From: Candidatus Dormiibacterota bacterium
Lineage (GTDB): Bacteria; Chloroflexota; Dormibacteria; Aeolococcales; Aeolococcaceae
Length of the DNA stretch: 64,000 bases
Reading direction: 5' to 3'
Assembly (NCBI GenBank): GCA_003162415.1
Contig: PMOL01000011.1
Location: 84,701 to 148,700 of the forward strand
Within the stretch, counting starts at the first letter, position 1. The number at the start of each line of letters is the position of its first letter. The notes under the pieces are model-generated. The model had not been told where the DNA came from, ran no database searches, and worked only from the letters and a program-made list of their open reading frames with translations. Positions 29,244 through 39,238 of this stretch are shown piece by piece. Both the position numbers and the translations under genes were made by a program.

Positions 29244-30833
29244 CTACTGGCTCAGCCAGACGTCTTGCAAGTGGTAGTTCCCCGTTGGATAGGCGAAGAA
29301 CCCATGGACGTTGTTCGAAAACGCGTACTGGTATGGCACGAACTGCAGCACCGCCCAGGGTGCGTCTTGAGCAACCTGGACCTGAATCTGTGTGTAGAGT
29401 GACGCCCGCTGCGACTCGACGAAAGCCTTCTCAGTTTGATGAACCCACTGCACCACCTGCGAGTCGTTGAACCCGGTGCTGTACGAATCAGCGCCGCCGC
29501 CCACCGGATCCAGCATGAACGAAGCCTGTTCGTCGGGGTCGGGGATGTCAGAAGCCCAGGCCTCGTACGCGAGTCCGTACTTCTCCTCCGCGAGTGTCGA
29601 GTAGAGCTGACCGGGATCAACTTTGTCCAGCGTCACATTGATGTTGATCGCCTTCAGTTCCTGCTGCACGATCGTGCCGACCGCCTCCTGATAGACATCA
29701 GTGCTCCCAATCAGCATGCTCGTGCTGAATCCGTTCGGGTACGCAGACATGGCGAGCTCCTGCTTCGCCATGCTCAGGTTGTATGTGAGACATGGGGTCT
29801 GCGGGTCGTAGTAGGAGAGCGTCGGTGCCATGTACGAGCAATTGGTCTTTCCATACCCGTACAACGCGGCCTTATTCATCGCCGCGTCATCGATCGCGTA
29901 CGCAATTGCGCGGCGCACGTGCACGTCCTTAAACTGCGCCATGTGCTCGTTCATGAGTACGTAGGACACCAGGTTGGACGGGAAGGTCTGCACCGTTATG
30001 CCGGAGCTTGCCTTTAGAGAATTCAACGTTGCGAACGGTGGGAACGAGTCGAGTTGGATCTGTCCGCCCTTCAACTGCAGAATCCGGGTGTTGTCGTCAG
30101 GAACGAACGTCCACGTCACGCTATTCAGGTACGGCTTGCCCGGTTGCCAGTAGTGCGGATTCCTGGTCATCTTTGTCGACACGCCCTTGTTCCAGAAGTC
30201 CAGAACGAAGGGTCCAGTGCCAACGGGGTCGTTGAAGAATGCTGCCGCAGTTTTCCCCTCAAAGTTGTTCGGGTAGATGCCGTTAGCCCACAACGCCAGG
30301 TCAGCAAGGAGCGGTTTCCACGGATACTTCGTCGTGATCACGACTGTCTCCGGATCCGGCGTGGTGATGTCTTTGATCGCCGAATCCAGGAAGCTGAAGC
30401 CGCCATTGAAGTTGCGGTTGCGATCGATCGAGAACTTGACGTCCGCAGAGGTCAAGGGCGTGCCGTCGGAGAACTGCACCCCGGCACGCAGGTGGAAGGT
30501 CCATGTCAACTGATCTGTCGACAGATCCCAGCTCGACGCGAGCCACGGTACCACCGACTGTCCGTTGGTCGACGTCTCCGTCAGCGTCTCAAAGATCATG
30601 TCGAGTGGATAGATCGTTTCGGTCTCCACCGCTTGCACTGGATCGAGGGTTTTGATGTCGATGGCGTGGGCGAAGACCAGATCGCCACCTCGCTGCGGCT
30701 TCGATGGCGTGGCTGTCGGGCTGGACGCCCCACTCCCGCAGGCCGCCAACACCACCATGAAGGCAAACGCGATCGCCGTCAGGGACCTGAATGGCAGGGC
30801 CCGGCCCCTCGTGCCACGGTTGAGCTGAGTCAT
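29244..30833 (-). CDS. Dpp/Opp ABC substrate-binding lipoprotein
   Basis: LAAC lipobox; FSDGTPLT..DV, PVGTGPF and VRRAIAYAID motifs. Confidence 0.93.
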   Translation of the reverse strand: MTQLNRGTRGRALPFRSLTAIAFAFMVVLAACGSGASSPTATPSKPQRGGDLVFAHAIDIKTLDPVQAVETETIYPLDMIFETLTETSTNGQSVVPWLASSWDLSTDQLTWTFHLRAGVQFSDGTPLTSADVKFSIDRNRNFNGGFSFLDSAIKDITTPDPETVVITTKYPWKPLLADLALWANGIYPNNFEGKTAAAFFNDPVGTGPFVLDFWNKGVSTKMTRNPHYWQPGKPYLNSVTWTFVPDDNTRILQLKGGQIQLDSFPPFATLNSLKASSGITVQTFPSNLVSYVLMNEHMAQFKDVHVRRAIAYAIDDAAMNKAALYGYGKTNCSYMAPTLSYYDPQTPCLTYNLSMAKQELAMSAYPNGFSTSMLIGSTDVYQEAVGTIVQQELKAININVTLDKVDPGQLYSTLAEEKYGLAYEAWASDIPDPDEQASFMLDPVGGGADSYSTGFNDSQVVQWVHQTEKAFVESQRASLYTQIQVQVAQDAPWAVLQFVPYQYAFSNNVHGFFAYPTGNYHLQDVWLSQ

Positions 30834-31582
30834 AGATCGCTGCCCTCTTTCATCGCCGTCATAACGTCATTGGCGCCCTTGACGGCTCGGCCAAAATTCG
30901 CGTGGAAGGTACGAAGCGTCCCGGCATGTGCCTGTGCGTCGTACTCGGCCGTGCCGTCGTCGACGAGCACACATCCGTAGCCGCGATCCACCGCTTCCCG
31001 TGCGGTGCTCTCGACACAGCAACTCGTCGTGACGCCGACGACGACCAGCGTTTCGATGCCTAGCTCCTTGAGAACTGAGTCGATCTCGCTGCTGCTGAAG
31101 GCACCCGCGGAGCGCTTGACCACCACCGGCTCGTGCGCGCGAGGCGCCAGCTCGTGTCGAATCTGGAACCCTGGACTCCCGGACCACATGATCCCCTCCA
31201 CCCCAGACTCTCGCTCGAGATCCAAGATCATCGATCGCGAGCGCGTTGGGAAGTCCCGATAGTCGAGGTGATCCGAACCCAGTGTCAGGAAGACAACCGG
31301 GAGCTCACGACGGCGAAAGAAGTCAAGCAAGCGGACGATCGTGGGTACGACGGTCGTCTCGACTCGCTCGTTGTAGTAGTTGAGCGAGCCCGGTCGAGCG
31401 CGCTCAATCGCGACATTGAAGCCACCCGACGCTGATGCATCGTGGTATTGCATGTCGACGATCAGCAGCGCCGTTCGCCCGTCGCAACGCAACCGGATAT
31501 CCGACGCCAGCGTATACGTGTAGTCGTAGAAGGCGTTGCTGGGCTCTGCGGTGCTCACGGGTTCGCTTGCCGCGGCGTTCAT
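30830..31582 (-). CDS. Isochorismatase-family cysteine hydrolase
   Basis: Asp (IVDMQ), Lys (VVKR..AF) and Cys (TSCCVESTAR) triad. Confidence 0.9.
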   Translation of the reverse strand: MNAAASEPVSTAEPSNAFYDYTYTLASDIRLRCDGRTALLIVDMQYHDASASGGFNVAIERARPGSLNYYNERVETTVVPTIVRLLDFFRRRELPVVFLTLGSDHLDYRDFPTRSRSMILDLERESGVEGIMWSGSPGFQIRHELAPRAHEPVVVKRSAGAFSSSEIDSVLKELGIETLVVVGVTTSCCVESTAREAVDRGYGCVLVDDGTAEYDAQAHAGTLRTFHANFGRAVKGANDVMTAMKEGSDL

Positions 31583-31593
31583 GATCCGACTGC

Positions 31594-32622
31594 CTACGCC
31601 GGCACCGCGGGTCGGTCGCTCTGTCGAAGCCCCGATTCAGAGGTGAATTCTCCGTTGTCGAGGATCCGGACACCATCGATTTCGAGTGTCGAACCGAAGA
31701 TGATGCCATCCATGTGGCCCTTGGAGGCATGGCTTCCCTTGAGTGTCGGCGTGTTGTTCGCTCCAAAGGCGACCAGAACGCCTCCCTCGACGCTCTCCCA
31801 GGCTGCCAGGTCGTAGTGGTTCGGATCGAACCGCGGATCGAAGCCAAAGCCGATGTGGGAGATGATGTAGGCGTTAGGATCGTCGAACTGCTTGATCCAG
31901 CGATCGAACTTGCGACCGTCCTCGGATGAGGTGTCGATACTGGTGATCGCACCCTTCTCGATGACCGTCTTCACTGGGTGCTGAATCACATAAAGATACT
32001 CGGGATCTCCGTAGAGGATCATCGGGCCGTTGTAATAGACGACGCCCTCGACGGTCTCCTCCATCGGCGCGCAATTGATCATGCACGTGCCGTAGAGATC
32101 GAAGTGTCCCGGCCTGGCCGCGTATCCCGACTGACCGTGCCACGGTCGGCTCTGCCGGTCCGCATACAACTCGGTCCCCAGCGAACTCGTGATCTTGATC
32201 TTGCCCTTGTCGGCAATCAGCTTCTCGGCGGCTCCAACCCGCCAGGTATAGCGGTCATCCGGAGGACGATCGATGATCGACCGTTCGGGAAGGAGCGCCA
32301 TGAGCACCCGAGTGCCGCTTCCAAGAACATCGAGCATCGCGGGGCTGTAGAGCCAGTCGTTCGACGAGAGTTCGAAAAGGATGTCGGCCTCCACGCACGC
32401 CTTGACGGCAGCTGGCGGCGGGCTCGTTTCCGGGAAGCGCGACATGCCCCGAACGACGATGACATCAGCGCCAGTTGTGACGACCGCGGCGTAGAAGGCC
32501 TCGACGATCGCGGGGTTCCGTTCCGAGTCGGTGTAGATGACGACCTTCTCGTCTGCCTTAACCTGGGAACCCTGCACTGCGTTCAGCGCTGCCCGGAAGA
32601 GTTCCGGAAATGCCACATCCAT
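31594..32622 (-). CDS. NicX-like (2,5-dihydroxypyridine dioxygenase / M29-fold) protein, copy 1
   Basis: AY.ISHIGFG and GHMD (His...His-x-Asp), G.VLVAFGAN; start at ATG 32622. Confidence 0.75.
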   Translation of the reverse strand: MDVAFPELFRAALNAVQGSQVKADEKVVIYTDSERNPAIVEAFYAAVVTTGADVIVVRGMSRFPETSPPPAAVKACVEADILFELSSNDWLYSPAMLDVLGSGTRVLMALLPERSIIDRPPDDRYTWRVGAAEKLIADKGKIKITSSLGTELYADRQSRPWHGQSGYAARPGHFDLYGTCMINCAPMEETVEGVVYYNGPMILYGDPEYLYVIQHPVKTVIEKGAITSIDTSSEDGRKFDRWIKQFDDPNAYIISHIGFGFDPRFDPNHYDLAAWESVEGGVLVAFGANNTPTLKGSHASKGHMDGIIFGSTLEIDGVRILDNGEFTSESGLRQSDRPAVPA

Positions 32623-32801
32623 GGACCACCTCAAGGTGCCGCAGAACAACGCCGAAGGTCGGCGCTCCAACCTGGGCACCTTAGACCAATGTGGCATGAT
32701 TAGTCAACTTGTAGTGTAATGCGCCGGATTTCGGTTGAAAAGAAGGACTTGATGCCGAATTTCGCCAGTATTCGGAGCTCTCACCTTGAGGTGGACAGAC
32801 T

Positions 32802-33290
32802 GTGAAGGACCGGATAGACGACATCGATCGCGCGATCATCGGCTCACTCCAAGTCTCTGCACGGCGGAGCAACGTCGAAATCGCTGCGGATCTCGGTCTA
32901 AGCGAAAGCACCGTGCGACGCCGGGTGGAGAAGCTGATCGACGGCGACTATGTACGCATCGTCGCCGTCGCGGATCCATTAAAGATCGGCTATCCGGTCG
33001 TCGCTATCATCGGGCTCGAGTGCCCTCCCGCGGCGCTCGCTGACGTGGAGGCGGCACTCCTCCAGCTCGATGAGTTCCGCTTCATCGGGATGACCAGCGG
33101 TCCATACGATTTCGTCGCCGAGGCCTGGTTCAGTTCCCTGAGCGATCTCCAAAGCTTTATCACCCAGCGCCTTTCGGCAGTGGCCGGCATATCGCGAATC
33201 GAGACCACCCATGTCCTCAAGATGGTCCGCTACATGTACGACTGGGGACGGGTCAACGCGCCCTCTCTCGGCGGTCCCTCGGCAGCCTAG
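32802..33290 (+). CDS. Lrp/AsnC-family regulator
   Basis: IDDIDRAII...ARRSN.EIA..LGLSESTVRRRV and G.YD motifs. Confidence 0.93.
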   Translation: MKDRIDDIDRAIIGSLQVSARRSNVEIAADLGLSESTVRRRVEKLIDGDYVRIVAVADPLKIGYPVVAIIGLECPPAALADVEAALLQLDEFRFIGMTSGPYDFVAEAWFSSLSDLQSFITQRLSAVAGISRIETTHVLKMVRYMYDWGRVNAPSLGGPSAA

Positions 33291-33314
33291 CGCGGTGCTG
33301 ATTGTGGTCTCGCG

Positions 33315-34160
33315 GTGAGCAGTACGGGAATCGCCGCTGGCGTTGCGCTCAGTGTTCTCTCCGCGGCGTCGCTTGGAAGTGCCGACTTCGCCGGTGGACT
33401 GGCAGCCCGCACTCGAAGTGCCCTCGCCGTCGTCGCTGTCATGCAGGCGATCGAATTCGTTGGAGTCTTGGTGCTCATTCTCATAATCGCGCCCCCTCAT
33501 CCGTCGACGACCACGGTTGTGTGCGGTCTCTTCGCAGGTGCCGCCGTCGCCCTCGGGCTCACCGCCCTCTATCGCGGGCTGGCGATGGGCTCTATGGCGG
33601 TCGTTGCCGCGCTCAGCACGGTCGGATCGGTCGCCATCCCGTTTGCGTTTTCAGCGGTTGTTCTCGGCACCTTCCCGCACACCGTGCAACTGATTGGTGT
33701 GGTCATCGCTCTCGCGGCCTCGGTGATGATGGCTGGACTGTCCGGGCGTGTCGTATCACGCACCGCCTTGCTCTACGGTCTGATCGCTGCGGTCAGCTTT
33801 GGCACCTATTTCATCCTGCTCAGCCGCGGAGCCTCCAGCGGTCTCTGGGTGCTTTTGACCAGCCGCGGCGCCGCCGTGGTTTTGCTCGTCGCCGTCGGCG
33901 GCGCGACCCGGCTCATACGCGTCGATCGCGGGCTCCTGCCTCTTGCGGTGACGGCCGGCCTTCTTGAACTGCTAGGGAGTGGCCTGGTGATCGCCGCCCT
34001 CCGTTACCTACCCCTTGGGCTCATCGTCCCCATAACAGGCACATACCCGGTGGCCACAGCACTCCTGGCGTGGGCCTTCTTAGGCGAGCGGCTCCGCCTC
34101 TTCGCCTATTTAAGCGTTGCGCTGGCTTTGGTTGGAATCGTATTGATCGGACAGGGTTGA
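33315..34160 (+). CDS. EamA/DMT-family transporter
   Basis: GSADFAGG, multiple TM segments and LGERL; same subfamily as 1868-2704. Confidence 0.9.
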   Translation: MSSTGIAAGVALSVLSAASLGSADFAGGLAARTRSALAVVAVMQAIEFVGVLVLILIIAPPHPSTTTVVCGLFAGAAVALGLTALYRGLAMGSMAVVAALSTVGSVAIPFAFSAVVLGTFPHTVQLIGVVIALAASVMMAGLSGRVVSRTALLYGLIAAVSFGTYFILLSRGASSGLWVLLTSRGAAVVLLVAVGGATRLIRVDRGLLPLAVTAGLLELLGSGLVIAALRYLPLGLIVPITGTYPVATALLAWAFLGERLRLFAYLSVALALVGIVLIGQG

Positions 34161-34174
34161 ACGGAGGCTTGCGA

Positions 34175-35581
34175 ATGACCAACGAGCTCGCCAAGCTGGA
34201 GCGCCGCGCCATGAACTATCTAGACGAACATCGTGCAGAGCTCATGTCTGAGTATTTCGACCTCGTGAGGATCCCTTCGGTCAGCGCCGATCCAGAGCAC
34301 GCCGCTGACGTAGCGCGTTGTGCCGAGCTGATCGCTGCTCGCTTGCAACGTATAGGTCTGGACGACGTTCGTGTTGATCCAACTGAGGGCCACCCCGTGG
34401 TGTCGGCCCGCACCCCACTGATTTCTGGTGCGCCGACCTATCTCGTATATGCCCACTACGACGTCCAGCCTGCGGATCCCCTCGAGGAGTGGAACACGCC
34501 ACCGTTCACCCCGACCCAAGTCGGCGACGAACTTCGTGGCCGCGGCATCTCTGACGACAAGGCGCATGTGCACCTGCACCTAGCGGCTATCGAAGCACTC
34601 CTTGTCGCCTCCAGACTGGGGGTCAACATCCGCGTCATTTTCGAAGGCGAGGAGGAGATCTCCAGCCGCCACCTGGAGACCTGGCTTCGAACCCAATCCG
34701 ACCTCGGGTCGCTGGCTGGCTGCATCGTCTCCGACACGACCTTCCTCACCTCGGACGTGCCATCGCTCGGTACCGGGGTCCGCGGCCTGCTCTACACCCA
34801 GATCGATGTGGAGACCGCGGCGCATGACCTCCATTCCGGAGGCTATGGCGGCGCGGTACCCAATGCTGCCGAAGCGTTGGCGACCATTCTCGCGCAGCTC
34901 AAGCGTGCCGACGGTCAGGTCGCCATCCCCGATTTCTATGCGGACGTGATCGATGATCGAGCCTTTCGTGACCTCATCCCAACCCTCCCCTTTGATGAAG
35001 CTGAGTGGCTGCGCGGCGCAGCGCCGAGCCAGGGGCAAGCCACTGGCGAGACCAACTTCTCGCTGCTCGAGCGGCTCTGGTTGCGCCCGACATTGGACAT
35101 CAATGGGATGTGGTCCGGTCATACCGGAGAGGGCCCGAAGACCGTCATCCCCGCTCGGGCACATGCGCGCGTCTCCTGTCGGTTGGTCGCGGACCAACAC
35201 CCCGAGCGTGTCTTCGCTGGACTCTCGCGCCTGGTCGCCGAATGCGCACCTCCATGGGCGAAGGTCACGGTGACCCTGGTGAGCGCGTCGCTCCCGGCAC
35301 GGGCGGATACCACAGGGCCGCTTGCCGAGGCCGCGTTGGCGGCGTTGGCGCACGGCTTTGGCCGCGAGCCGATCCTCCAACGTGAAGGCGGGTCGATTCC
35401 GGTGGTCGGAATCCTGACCTCATATCTTCCGGGTACGCCGCTGATTCTGCTTGGCTTCAGTCCTCCCGACGACGCAGCGCATGCGCCTAACGAGTGCATG
35501 CGCATGTGGAATCTCGACGGCGGCCTACGCACTCTCGTTCGAATGTGGCTCGTGCTCAGTCTCGAGGAGAAGAACCGATGA
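34175..35581 (+). CDS. M20-family dipeptidase/deacylase
   Basis: YAHYDVQP, GRGISDDK, EGEEE, DLHSG, GGSIP and AHAPNE motifs; start at ATG 34175. Confidence 0.93.
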   Translation: MTNELAKLERRAMNYLDEHRAELMSEYFDLVRIPSVSADPEHAADVARCAELIAARLQRIGLDDVRVDPTEGHPVVSARTPLISGAPTYLVYAHYDVQPADPLEEWNTPPFTPTQVGDELRGRGISDDKAHVHLHLAAIEALLVASRLGVNIRVIFEGEEEISSRHLETWLRTQSDLGSLAGCIVSDTTFLTSDVPSLGTGVRGLLYTQIDVETAAHDLHSGGYGGAVPNAAEALATILAQLKRADGQVAIPDFYADVIDDRAFRDLIPTLPFDEAEWLRGAAPSQGQATGETNFSLLERLWLRPTLDINGMWSGHTGEGPKTVIPARAHARVSCRLVADQHPERVFAGLSRLVAECAPPWAKVTVTLVSASLPARADTTGPLAEAALAALAHGFGREPILQREGGSIPVVGILTSYLPGTPLILLGFSPPDDAAHAPNECMRMWNLDGGLRTLVRMWLVLSLEEKNR

Positions 35582-36573
35582 CGCACTTCCCTGAATTGCT
35601 TCGCGCTGCAAACCTGACGCTCGACCAGTGCAATGTGCAACCGCACGAACAGCTTGTGATCTATACCGACTCGGAGCGCGAAGTGGCCGTCGTGGAAGCC
35701 TTCTATGCGGCCGCTGTCGCCCACGGCACTGATCCAGTGATCGTTCGAGCGCTCTCTCGGCCCGCGGAGGGAGGTCCACCCGCCGCTGCCGTCGCCGCCT
35801 GCAAGCAGGCTGATCTCCTTCTCGATCTGGCTTCCAATACCTGGTCATACAACCCCGCCATGCGCGAGATCCTCGAAGGCGGCACCCGCATCCTGCAGTG
35901 CCTACTCCCCACCCAGTCGCTCATCACCCGGCTGCCAGACGCTCGACGCAGTGCTCGCCTCGATCGCGCAATGGACCTGATTCGAGGCGGCGGCAGTATT
36001 CACATCACCGACGCCCTCGGCACAGATCTGCATGGGGAGCGTGGCAATCGGCGATGGCACCCGCAGGCGGGTGTGGTTACACAGAGCGGACAGTACGACC
36101 TCTACGGAACCTGCATGGTCAACTGTGCGCCGATCGAAGAGAGTGTCAACGGGGTCGTCTATCTCGATGGTCCGATGATCATGTACGGCAATCCCGAATA
36201 CCTCTTCGTGCTCTCACAGCCGGTCAAGATCGTCGTCAAAGAGGGCCGGTTGACCGACATCGACACCCGGCCAGAGGATGGCCGGAAAATCAAGCGGTGG
36301 GCGGAACAGTTCGACGATCCCAACGTGTATCTCATCTCCCACTTGGGCTTCGGCTTGCACCCCCAATACGACCTCAACAACTTTGATCTCGCCGCCTGGG
36401 AGAGCATAGAGGGCGGGGTCCTTGTCGCCTTCGGCGCCAACGATTCGACGGCGCTAGGCGGAAGCCACTCTGCCAAAGGTCACGTCGACGCCATCCTGTT
36501 GCACGCAACCTTCGAAGTCGACAGGATCCCCCTTATCGTGGAGGGTCGGCCGGCTCCGAGTCTCGGCTCCTGA
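35578..36573 (+). CDS. NicX-like protein, copy 2 (close paralogue of 31594-32622)
   Basis: SHLGFG and GHVD; long near-identical blocks shared with copy 1 (DLYGTCM.NCAP.EE, DLAAWES.EGGVLVAFGAN). Confidence 0.75.
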   Translation: MTHFPELLRAANLTLDQCNVQPHEQLVIYTDSEREVAVVEAFYAAAVAHGTDPVIVRALSRPAEGGPPAAAVAACKQADLLLDLASNTWSYNPAMREILEGGTRILQCLLPTQSLITRLPDARRSARLDRAMDLIRGGGSIHITDALGTDLHGERGNRRWHPQAGVVTQSGQYDLYGTCMVNCAPIEESVNGVVYLDGPMIMYGNPEYLFVLSQPVKIVVKEGRLTDIDTRPEDGRKIKRWAEQFDDPNVYLISHLGFGLHPQYDLNNFDLAAWESIEGGVLVAFGANDSTALGGSHSAKGHVDAILLHATFEVDRIPLIVEGRPAPSLGS

Positions 36574-37753
36574 CGATCTTGCCCTCGAGCATGACCAGCC
36601 GCACATCTCGGAGCGAATCGAGGCCATCGAGTGGATCGCCGCCGACCGCGATGAGGTCCGCGGACTTGCCCGATTCGAGTGTGCCGTAGCTGTCGGCGAG
36701 CGGACCGATGACGCGTGCCGCGTCACGCGTCGCTGCTTGGATAGCTCGATAGCGTGGCATCCCAAACGACACGAACTGCTCGATCTCGGCCACTACCTCT
36801 CCGAAGCCATCGGTTCCAGTGCCAAAGTTGACTCCAGCGTCGAGCGCGTGCTGGAATGAAGCTCGATGAGGTCCGAGGATCCCCTCGGCGATCGGGATCC
36901 ATGAGCTGGGCATCCCCCACTCAATGCCCCGCTCGAAGATGCCAACCATGGTCGAGAGTGTCGGTACGAGGTCGACGTTGTGTTCCGCCATCCAGACCGC
37001 CTGCGCGTGTGTGAGGAAGATTCCGTGCTCGATGCAGTCGACACCGGCCTCGAGCGCATTGCCGATGCCACGTTCACCATCTGCATGGGCGGTCACCCGT
37101 TTCCCCGCCGCATGCGCCACGGCGACGACCGCGCTCATCTCCTCGACAGTGAGTTGCGGCTGCGATGGTTCCTCACCTTCGCGTGTGATCCCCACACCGC
37201 CACTGGCCATAACCTTGAATAGATCGACGCCTGCTTTGAGTTGTCGCCGCGCGGCCTTGGTCGCCTCCGCGGCCCCATCGACCTCGTAGCCGTGTATGTG
37301 GCCATGGCCGCCAGTCATCACTATCGGTTGCCCCGCACAGACCAGACGGGGGCCTTCGACATAGCCTTCGGCGATTGCTCGCCGGAGTTGGAGATCGACG
37401 TGCGACGGTCCGCACCCGACGATCCGCGCCGTCGTGATTCCCTCATCGAGCAGGCGGCGACCGTGAAACGTCGCCACGAACGCGAACATCACGTCGGGCT
37501 CGCTGACCGAGGCGTCGCCGATCGCAAACCTATCGTGGCCATTGAGGTGTTCGTGGCAGTCGATGAACCCTGGGAGAATCGTGGCGGTCCCAAGGTCCAG
37601 CCGCGTCTCATCGTCTGAGCGCTCAAGCTCCGCAGCAGTACCCACGGCAGCGATGCGACCATCGACGACGCGCACCGCCCCGCCATGAATCGGGGAGGCG
37701 TCATTGCCGATCAAGACCTGTTGCGCGGTTATCAGGAATCGTCCCACGAGCAA
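36533..37753 (-). CDS. Metal-dependent amidohydrolase (Xaa-Pro dipeptidase-like)
   Basis: PGFIDCHEH, KVMASGG, AH, IEHG, GTD and G..ADL motifs. Confidence 0.92.
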   Translation of the reverse strand: MLVGRFLITAQQVLIGNDASPIHGGAVRVVDGRIAAVGTAAELERSDDETRLDLGTATILPGFIDCHEHLNGHDRFAIGDASVSEPDVMFAFVATFHGRRLLDEGITTARIVGCGPSHVDLQLRRAIAEGYVEGPRLVCAGQPIVMTGGHGHIHGYEVDGAAEATKAARRQLKAGVDLFKVMASGGVGITREGEEPSQPQLTVEEMSAVVAVAHAAGKRVTAHADGERGIGNALEAGVDCIEHGIFLTHAQAVWMAEHNVDLVPTLSTMVGIFERGIEWGMPSSWIPIAEGILGPHRASFQHALDAGVNFGTGTDGFGEVVAEIEQFVSFGMPRYRAIQAATRDAARVIGPLADSYGTLESGKSADLIAVGGDPLDGLDSLRDVRLVMLEGKIVRSRDSEPADPPR

Positions 37754-38005
37754 TCCTCCAGATGTACAGGGGGATCGTATCGCTGGCGACGCGATGCCCG
37801 TTCGACACGCTGGAAGGCCAATCTAGTCCGCGTCACGAGTGTCCAGGCCTCCAGAGCTATCCCCGGACATCGAAGAGCAGTCGCTCGTATCTACGCATCG
37901 GATCGCTGACGAAATCCCGCAAATACGCGCGCGCAAATGCCGAATTTCGCCACGATTGCGCGATGGAGCGCCGCTGTCCAGAACAGTGGCTGCACGTGAT
38001 TTACT

Positions 38006-38341
38006 TCAGCGCCGACGACTTCGCTCTGCACACTTGGCCCAAGCGGCTCCTTTGCCCGCTAGGGGAATATCGCGTCTCATATGCTTCAGCGCAGCTTCGT
38101 CCCGACTCGGGCGCAATCCCTTGCGGTAGTAGCAATCAGCCAGCGGCGGCGAAGTATCGACACTCAGCTTGCCGTCTGGGTGGTACTCAAGATGCCGGTT
38201 GATGGGCCGGATGCCCGTGATGGCGGCAATCAGTTCCATGACTCCCGCCGATGCCATGACCCCGTTCAGCGCCACGACCGAAGGGCTTGGTCCCAACTGT
38301 GATTGCCCGTAGATACGCTCCTCCTCAGCGAGACTCACCAC
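38006..38341 (-). pseudogene. C-terminal relic of a ThiF/E1-like enzyme
   Basis: YG....PSPSVVALNGVMASAGVME and a degenerate Zn knuckle DCYYR; N-terminal nucleotide-binding part absent. Confidence 0.6.
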
Positions 38342-39035
38342 AAGTACTGCAGACGGAGATCAACCTCAACAACGCCGAATCCTGGGCTGAGGCTATGAAA
38401 GCGACGGGCGACTTCGAGAGTGCTGAACAAGCAGAGTACGAACGGCTGGAGACGCTGCGCGCCTTCCATGAGGGTCGCCTGTCTATCGAGACCACACCCG
38501 ATCGTGAAGTCGCGGGAATTTTCCTCGCTTCAACAACGTCGCCGAGACGATCACACGCGGCGGATTCTCCTGGTACGTCCTGCGACCGAGCGGCGCACGG
38601 CGATTCGTACTTGGCGACGATCCAGTCGCCTTCTTTGACTCTTCTCAGCCGGAGAAGCCTGGCGGCCTCGGTTTTGCGATACCCACAGGAGAGACCACCC
38701 TGCCGATCTCACCGGCGACGTGTCTCCTCCTCAAGAACGACGGACTGGGACGCGTTGACGGTGTTCCCGCCGACGATGACCTGGTCCGGCACGTCAACCT
38801 TCGGTCGTATGCCCACGCCGACGAATGCATCTGGGGAAGCGATCTCGACACCCTCACCGGCGTGCGCAGAGACGCCAAAGCCAGTCCTGATGTGCTCCAT
38901 GCGATGAGACGACGAGATGGTGGAGCCTGGATCAGCGAGCAGGTACCCGGTGAGCCTGGGCCTATGAGTTCGAAGGCCATTTTCAAGACGGCCGGCGTCA
39001 TAGGCGTCGCGGATTCGTCGATCCGAGCCCATTAG
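38342..39035 (+). pseudogene. 5'-truncated, frameshifted DUF4238-domain gene
   Basis: Frame from 38529 (not in the ORF track) reads FSWYVLRP..RRFVLGDDPV...ETTLPISPATCLLL...VRHVNLRSYAHADECIW to TAG 39033-35; joins the 38287 frame by a frameshift near 38528. Confidence 0.65.
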
Positions 39036-39238
39036 GCACCGAATCGCCGCCCCTCGCCCAACCCCAGTCAGACCGGGTGCATGAGCGGCTGGCATATTCC
39101 CTCGAAGACGGTCAGCCTTTAGGGTGGTGAGATGGCCCTTGTGACCTCCCCCACCGGTAGGGCAGCCCCATGAGTTGCGTTCCCTCCGCGACCGCTTCTA
39201 CGCTCCCTCTCCACAGGAATCGGGGAAGCTAGTCACTC

